A stretch of 64,000 nt of DNA from an uncultured delta proteobacterium (lineage in GTDB: Bacteria; Desulfobacterota; Binatia; UBA9968). Below the pieces are notes generated by a model that saw only the letters and a list, made by a program, of their open reading frames with translations, was not told the origin of the DNA and did not search any database. The position numbers were made by a program, and so were the translations under genes. Of this stretch, positions 59,480 to 64,000 are shown piece by piece. Location: assembly GCA_963803415.1 (NCBI GenBank), contig CAWDMI010000002.1, positions 1,536,369-1,600,368 of the forward strand, written 5' to 3'. How positions within the stretch are numbered: position 1 is the first letter of the stretch; each line of letters begins with the position of its first letter.

Positions 59480-59746
59480 ATGTTGAAAATCACGACTCAC
59501 ACTGACGCGACAGCAACTACTTTGGAACTCGAGGGAAAATTAGCGGGACCCTGGGTGCAAGAACTTGAACGCTGCTGGCAGGAAGCAGTCCAGGTCAATC
59601 GGCCGGTGAAGGTACGGTTGAAGGTAGTGACGTTCATCGATGGCGCGGGGAGAAAACTTCTGGCCGAGATGCATCGGCAGGGAGCCGAACTCATAGCGGA
59701 TGGATGCATGACCAAAGCCATCACAGAGGAGATCGAGAGAGGATGA
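59480..59746 (+). CDS. STAS-domain protein (anti-sigma-factor antagonist / SpoIIAA-like), short
   Basis: 88 aa. Pattern TLELEGKLAGPWVQELE...VRLKVVTFIDGAGRKLLAEM is typical of STAS domains. No partner anti-sigma kinase is in the window. Confidence 0.55.
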   Translation: MLKITTHTDATATTLELEGKLAGPWVQELERCWQEAVQVNRPVKVRLKVVTFIDGAGRKLLAEMHRQGAELIADGCMTKAITEEIERG

Positions 59747-59875
59747 CGAATAAGCTGGGGCGCGTTACGAAAGCAAGCGACAGCTGTTCGCGGATTTCTG
59801 GTTCCTCTGGACGGGTTGAACGGGTAAAATTGCACTGAAACATGGATGTAAAGAGAGCGTGATAAGCCAGACGTT

Positions 59876-60766
59876 ATGGAATACACGATGATCGCTAGCA
59901 GTCTTAGAGTGTCGCGCATCGTACTGGGGACTTGGTCGATGGGCGGTTCGATGTGGGGCGGCAGCGACGAAGGGGAAGCAATTCGTACGATTCACGCGGC
60001 CCTGGAGCAAGGCATCAACCTGATCGATACCGCTCCCGTCTATGGATTCGGCAAGTCGGAAGAAATAGTGGGGCGTGCTCTGGCTGAACGGGGGCGTCGC
60101 GAGGACGTGATCCTTGCGACCAAGGTTGGACTTCAGTGGCGCGATTGGGAGGTTGTGCGCAACTCATCCCGGCAACGGATTTTGAGCGAGATAGAGGACT
60201 CATTGCGGCGCCTCAAGACGAGTTATATTGACCTCTACCAGGTTCACTGGCCGGACCCGCTGGTCCCGATTGAGGAAACCGCCGAAGTGTTGGCCGCCCT
60301 CTACCGGCAAGGCAAGATTCGCGCGATTGGGGTGAGCAATTATTCGCCGCGGCAGATGGAGGAGTTCCGGGCCGTCGCTCCCCTTCATAGCACGCAACCA
60401 CCGTATAATCTGTTCGAAAGGGAGATCGAGCGCGATGTGCTCCCGGCCGCGCGACAAACGCATCTCGGCGTCCTTGCCTATGGGGCGCTGTGCCGCGGCC
60501 TTTTGAGCGGCCGCATGCGGGCGAACTCTCAATTCCAAGGAGATGATCTGCGCCGTATTGATCCGAAGTTTCAACCGCCCCGGTACGCGGAGTATCTTAA
60601 AGCGGTCGATCGCTTAAATCAGTTTGCGCAACACAATTATGGCAAGGGAGTTCTCGAGCTGGCTGTCCGCTGGTTGCTCGGCCTGAGGCAAGCGCCTGTA
60701 CGGCAGCCCGCTATTGGGCTCGGGAAGCACGTCGCGCGGTCTGTTCGACAGTGCAAGAAATGTTGA
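59876..60766 (+). CDS. Aldo/keto reductase family oxidoreductase
   Basis: AKR signatures (LGTWSMGG, LIDTAPVYGFG, YIDLYQVHWPD, IRAIGVSNY). The C-terminal 40 residues are atypical and may hide a frame problem. Confidence 0.85.
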   Translation: MEYTMIASSLRVSRIVLGTWSMGGSMWGGSDEGEAIRTIHAALEQGINLIDTAPVYGFGKSEEIVGRALAERGRREDVILATKVGLQWRDWEVVRNSSRQRILSEIEDSLRRLKTSYIDLYQVHWPDPLVPIEETAEVLAALYRQGKIRAIGVSNYSPRQMEEFRAVAPLHSTQPPYNLFEREIERDVLPAARQTHLGVLAYGALCRGLLSGRMRANSQFQGDDLRRIDPKFQPPRYAEYLKAVDRLNQFAQHNYGKGVLELAVRWLLGLRQAPVRQPAIGLGKHVARSVRQCKKC

Positions 60767-60855
60767 CGGCCAAGAAGCATTTTGCGACCGTGGCGAGCGC
60801 GGATCGAGGGAGATAGGCGGGGAGAGGCCAATATTGGACGGACATGGGGGCATAA

Positions 60856-61302
60856 ATGAATCCAGCCGATCCAGTTTATCGAGAGCCAAAGGCTCTCGAT
60901 CTAATCTTGAATAAGGCTTTCGGTGTTCTGGTGGGGCTTGGCCTTGGCCTCCGCCACAACTACCTCGTGCAAGTACGGGGCCGCAGCACGGGCCACCTGT
61001 ATTCCACCCCAATCGATCTGCTGGAGTTCAACGGAAAACGTTTTCTCGTCGCCGGCCGCGGGCGCACACAATGGGTTCGTAACGCTGAGGCTGCGGGCGA
61101 AGTCACTTTAAAGAAAGGTCGCAAGCGACAGAACTTCCGCATTCGAATCGTGCCAAACGGGGAGAAACCCGAAATCTTGAAGGCGTATCTTGATCGCTTC
61201 AAATTGACCGTTCAACGGTATTTTCCGGTGCGAGCGGGTTCTGAAGCCTCAGCGTTTGCCGAGATAGCTAAACGGTATCCAGTTTTTGAATTGCTTCCGT
61301 AA
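60856..61302 (+). CDS. Deazaflavin(F420)-dependent nitroreductase-family protein (DUF385/Ddn-like)
   Basis: Pattern [48 protein letters not shown] matches the Ddn-family split barrel (TTGRKSG...WYRNL.ANP.V). Confidence 0.7.
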   Translation: MNPADPVYREPKALDLILNKAFGVLVGLGLGLRHNYLVQVRGRSTGHLYSTPIDLLEFNGKRFLVAGRGRTQWVRNAEAAGEVTLKKGRKRQNFRIRIVPNGEKPEILKAYLDRFKLTVQRYFPVRAGSEASAFAEIAKRYPVFELLP

Positions 61303-61375
61303 GACGACGAGTCAATATGTCCGCGCACCTTTGCTGTCGCCCGCGACTCGTTATGCGATTCCGTTAAGTCAGGCG

Positions 61376-62302
61376 ATGCCACCGATCATTTCTATTTCGA
61401 ACTTGACCAAGACCTACGCTTCGGGCCTTCAGGCGCTGAAGCGGGTCAACCTCGAGATCCGCAAAGGTGAAATCTTCGCCCTGTTGGGTCCCAACGGCGC
61501 CGGCAAGACGACGCTGATCAGCATCGTGTGCGGGATCGTCACTCCGACCGAGGGGACGGTAGTCGCAGACGGCCACGACATCGTGCGCGATTACCGCGTG
61601 GCGCGGTCGAAGATCGGTTTGGTGCCGCAGGAGCTGACTACGGACATGTTCGAAACGGTGTGGGCCACGGTGAGCTTCAGCCGGGGACTTTTCGGGCTGG
61701 CGCCGAATCCGGCACACATCGAGAAAGTGCTGCGCGACCTGTCGCTGTGGGAGAAGCGCAATGACAAGATCATGACGCTGTCGGGCGGTATGAAGCGGCG
61801 CGTGTTAATCGCCAAGGCCCTGTCGCACGAGCCGCGGATCCTGTTCCTGGACGAGCCGACGGCGGGCGTGGACGTGGAGCTGCGTCGCGACATGTGGGCG
61901 CTGGTACGCGGCCTGCGCGAAAGCGGCGTGACGATCATCCTGACTACGCACTACATCGACGAGGCCGAGGAGATGGCCGATCGGATCGGGGTCATCAACA
62001 AGGGCGAGCTCATCGTGGTCGAGGAGAAGAGCATGTTAATGAAAAAGCTCGGCAAGAAACAGTTAACGCTCCATCTGCAACAGCCGATGACGGCGATCCC
62101 CGCCGGGCTGGCCGAGTGGCGCCTGGCGTTGAAAGCCGAGGGAAGCGAGCTGGAATACACCTTCGACACCAACGAGGAACGCACGGGCATCCCGTTGCTG
62201 CTCAGGCGGATGAGCGATCTGGGGATCGGGTTTAAGGATCTGAACACGAGCCAAAGCTCGCTCGAGGACATTTTCGTCAGCCTGGTGAGCGACCGCTCGT
62301 GA
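61376..62302 (+). CDS. ABC transporter ATP-binding protein (ABC-2/DrrA-NodI type)
   Basis: Walker A (GPNGAGKTT), signature ([15 protein letters not shown]), Walker B ([11 protein letters not shown]). The start is trimmed to [10 protein letters not shown]. Confidence 0.9.
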   Translation: MPPIISISNLTKTYASGLQALKRVNLEIRKGEIFALLGPNGAGKTTLISIVCGIVTPTEGTVVADGHDIVRDYRVARSKIGLVPQELTTDMFETVWATVSFSRGLFGLAPNPAHIEKVLRDLSLWEKRNDKIMTLSGGMKRRVLIAKALSHEPRILFLDEPTAGVDVELRRDMWALVRGLRESGVTIILTTHYIDEAEEMADRIGVINKGELIVVEEKSMLMKKLGKKQLTLHLQQPMTAIPAGLAEWRLALKAEGSELEYTFDTNEERTGIPLLLRRMSDLGIGFKDLNTSQSSLEDIFVSLVSDRS

Positions 62303-63087
62303 GCGCAGCGATGAACACATTGGCGTTCAACCGTCACGGGGTCTGGGCCATCTACAAGTTCGAGATGGCGCGCGCCGGGCGCACCCTGCTGCAGAGTCTG
62401 GTGACGCCCGTGATCACCACCTCGCTCTATTTCGTGGTCTTCGGCGCAGCAATCGGATCGCGCATGAGCGAGGTCAATGGCGTGGTCTACAGCGCCTTCA
62501 TCGTGCCCGGTCTGATCATGCTGTCGCTGTTTACCCAGAGCATCTCTAACGCCTCGTTCGGCATCTATTTTCCGAAGTTCACCGGCACGATCTACGAGAT
62601 CTTGTCCGCGCCGGTGTCCTATCTGGAGATCGTCATCGCCTACGTCGGGGCGGCGGCGACCAAGTCGATTATGTTGGGCCTGATCATCCTGGCCACAGCG
62701 GCTATGTTCGTGCCGATCCAGATCCTGCACCCGCTATGGATGGTCACGTTTCTGGTGCTCACGGCGACGGCATTCAGCCTGTTCGGTTTCATCATCGGTA
62801 TCTGGTCGAAAGGGTTCGAGCAGCTGCAGTTCATTCCGATGCTGGTTGTGACACCATTGACCTTTCTGGGCGGCGCCTTCTATTCGATCGACATGCTGCC
62901 GCCGACGTGGCAAACGGTCGCCCTGTTCAACCCGGTGGTCTATCTGATCAGTGGCTTCCGGTGGAGCTTCTATGAGTCGGCGGACGTGAGCGTGCGCGTG
63001 AGCCTGGCGATGACGCTGGGATTTTTCATGATCTGTCTGGCGGTGGTGGGATGGATTTTCAGGACGGGGTATCGGCTGAAGAGTTGA
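62299..63087 (+). CDS. ABC-2 type transporter permease
   Basis: 262 aa with 6 TM. It is translationally coupled to the ATPase (overlapping stop/start) and has an ABC-2 fold. Confidence 0.85.
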   Translation: MSAAMNTLAFNRHGVWAIYKFEMARAGRTLLQSLVTPVITTSLYFVVFGAAIGSRMSEVNGVVYSAFIVPGLIMLSLFTQSISNASFGIYFPKFTGTIYEILSAPVSYLEIVIAYVGAAATKSIMLGLIILATAAMFVPIQILHPLWMVTFLVLTATAFSLFGFIIGIWSKGFEQLQFIPMLVVTPLTFLGGAFYSIDMLPPTWQTVALFNPVVYLISGFRWSFYESADVSVRVSLAMTLGFFMICLAVVGWIFRTGYRLKS

Positions 63088-63316
63088 GGGGGAGAACTAT
63101 TTCATGAACGAGAGCCTTTCCTCTACTCTATCCTTTTTTCTTCCAGGCATCTTGGCATAGAGTGTCTTTGGAGCAGGCGCTAACTCCCGCCACCAAATTC
63201 CGTCTAGACAGACCGCAGCTATCGATGATATCAACCTCGTGACACATGATGTGTTGATCGCCACGTCAAGAAAATCATTCTGAAACAAGTAGGACAGCGC
63301 AGAAAGAGGCAACCTT

Positions 63317-64000
63317 ATGCTCTTGCTGAACAACGATGACATCAGAAGCATTTTAAACATGGAGCTCACTATGGACGCTCTCGAGCAAGCCTATCGAGAG
63401 CTTTTTGTCTCGAAAGCCGTGTGCCGCCCTCACGTACAAATTCATATACCGACTTCCGATCCATCAAAAATGTATCGTTGGGGAACGATGGAGGGCGGAT
63501 CGTCGGTGAGCGGGTACTTCGCCATCCGCATGAAGTCGGACATTGTCTATGAGCAGGAGTATGCCGGAGTTAAAACCGAAGAGAAATACTGCCTGCGACC
63601 CGGTCTTTTTTGCGGTCTTATTCTTCTCGTCAATATTCAGACCGGTGAGCCTCTGACTTTGATGAACGATGGCTACGTTCAGCATATGCGTGTAGGGGCT
63701 GACGCGGGAATCGGAGTCAAATACATGGCTCGAGAGGACTCCCAGACGGTCGGGATGCTAGGTTCAGGAGGTATGGCCAGGACGTACAGCGAAGCCATAG
63801 CCTTGGTGCGGCGGGTCAAAAGAATTCAAGTCTACAGTCCCACGAAATCTCACCGAGACGAGTTTGCACAGGAGATATCAGAAAAATTTAAGATTGAAGC
63901 AATCTCGGTAGACGAGCCGAGAAAAGTATTTGACGGAGCCGACATCATCGCCGGCTGCACTGACTCTTCCGTTCCTGTGATACCCGGAAACTGGCTTGAA
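63317..64000 (+). CDS. Ornithine cyclodeaminase / mu-crystallin family protein, 3'-partial (continues past window end)
   Basis: My own translation from ATG 63317 stays open to position 64000: MLLLNNDDIRSILNMELTMDALEQAYRELF...GMLGSGGMARTYSEAIALVRRVKRIQVYSP (Rossmann GxGxxA motif typical of OCD/mu-crystallin). It is absent from the ORF track because no stop lies in the window. Confidence 0.7.
   Translation, partial: MLLLNNDDIRSILNMELTMDALEQAYRELFVSKAVCRPHVQIHIPTSDPSKMYRWGTMEGGSSVSGYFAIRMKSDIVYEQEYAGVKTEEKYCLRPGLFCGLILLVNIQTGEPLTLMNDGYVQHMRVGADAGIGVKYMAREDSQTVGMLGSGGMARTYSEAIALVRRVKRIQVYSPTKSHRDEFAQEISEKFKIEAISVDEPRKVFDGADIIAGCTDSSVPVIPGNWLE

Noticed and set aside
60766-60790. C-terminal 40 residues of the intact AKR (…LGLRQAPVRQPAIGLGKHVARSVRQCKKC) as evidence of another frameshift
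   Set aside because: They are atypical for AKRs, but I cannot identify an alternative frame that restores the expected …VTSALIGARKPEQL… tail. Evidence is insufficient to call a disruption.
63097-63369. 90-aa minus-strand ORF between the ABC-2 permease and the ornithine-cyclodeaminase gene
   Set aside because: It overlaps the promoter, RBS and 5' end of the plus-strand OCD gene. The sequence is low-complexity and Leu/Ser-rich, and the ORF has no RBS.

Overview
This 64 kb chromosomal window is roughly 58% G+C overall, with several clearly lower-GC patches; no composition was computed. It is dense in core energy and nitrogen metabolism genes, and I found no rRNA, tRNA, CRISPR array or transposase. 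The main blocks, in order, are:

- **Putative iron-uptake operon (minus strand).** It comprises a partial coiled-coil porin-like outer-membrane protein, a di-heme cytochrome c peroxidase (CCP/MauG) family protein, a small Com-like zinc-ribbon protein, and an unusual fusion of a c-type cytochrome domain to an FTR1/EfeU iron permease. A divergently transcribed DtxR-family metalloregulator sits upstream.
- **Nitrogen module.** A carbon-nitrogen hydrolase is followed by glnK, an ammonium transporter, an ANTAR-domain regulator whose receiver lacks the phospho-acceptor Asp, and a beta-barrel outer-membrane protein. A near-consensus -24/-12 element lies upstream of glnK.
- **nuo operon 1 (nuoA-C-D-E-F-G-H-J-K-L-M-N).** No nuoB or nuoI is present.
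- **Stress cluster.** An HtrA protease is interrupted by an in-frame TGA, next to a decayed Hsp20 remnant and groES-groEL with no CIRCE element.
- **A low-GC glutathione S-transferase.**
- **nuo operon 2 (nuoA-B-C-D-H-I-J-K-L-M-N).** This is the 11-subunit form without nuoEFG, so the two operons are complementary in subunit content.
- **An orphan ABC permease** with strikingly deviant codon usage.
- **A MoxR / DUF58 / transglutaminase triad.**
- **A polar amino-acid ABC transporter.**
- **Singletons:** PPOX-like and CBS proteins, a YchF-like ATPase with an atypical P-loop, and an amidohydrolase.
- **Accessory-looking segment (about 51.1-59.8 kb).** Here a GAF-GAF sigma-54 enhancer-binding protein sits next to two paralogous 49-aa small-protein genes. 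Each is preceded by a perfect -24/-12 sigma-54 promoter and, about 115-120 bp further upstream, by the same dyad motif ATATTTCGGCGCCTGCC. One of the two is followed by a secreted protein and a STAS-domain protein. The segment also holds a frameshifted aldo/keto reductase, an SDR, and a low-GC multi-frameshifted STAND-class P-loop NTPase pseudogene.
- **Right-hand end.** An intact aldo/keto reductase, a deazaflavin (F420)-dependent nitroreductase-family protein, an ABC-2 exporter pair and a partial ornithine cyclodeaminase-family gene.

Several genes carry frame disruptions (CCP N-terminus, HtrA, Hsp20, AKR, STAND). These may be real pseudogenes or assembly indel errors.
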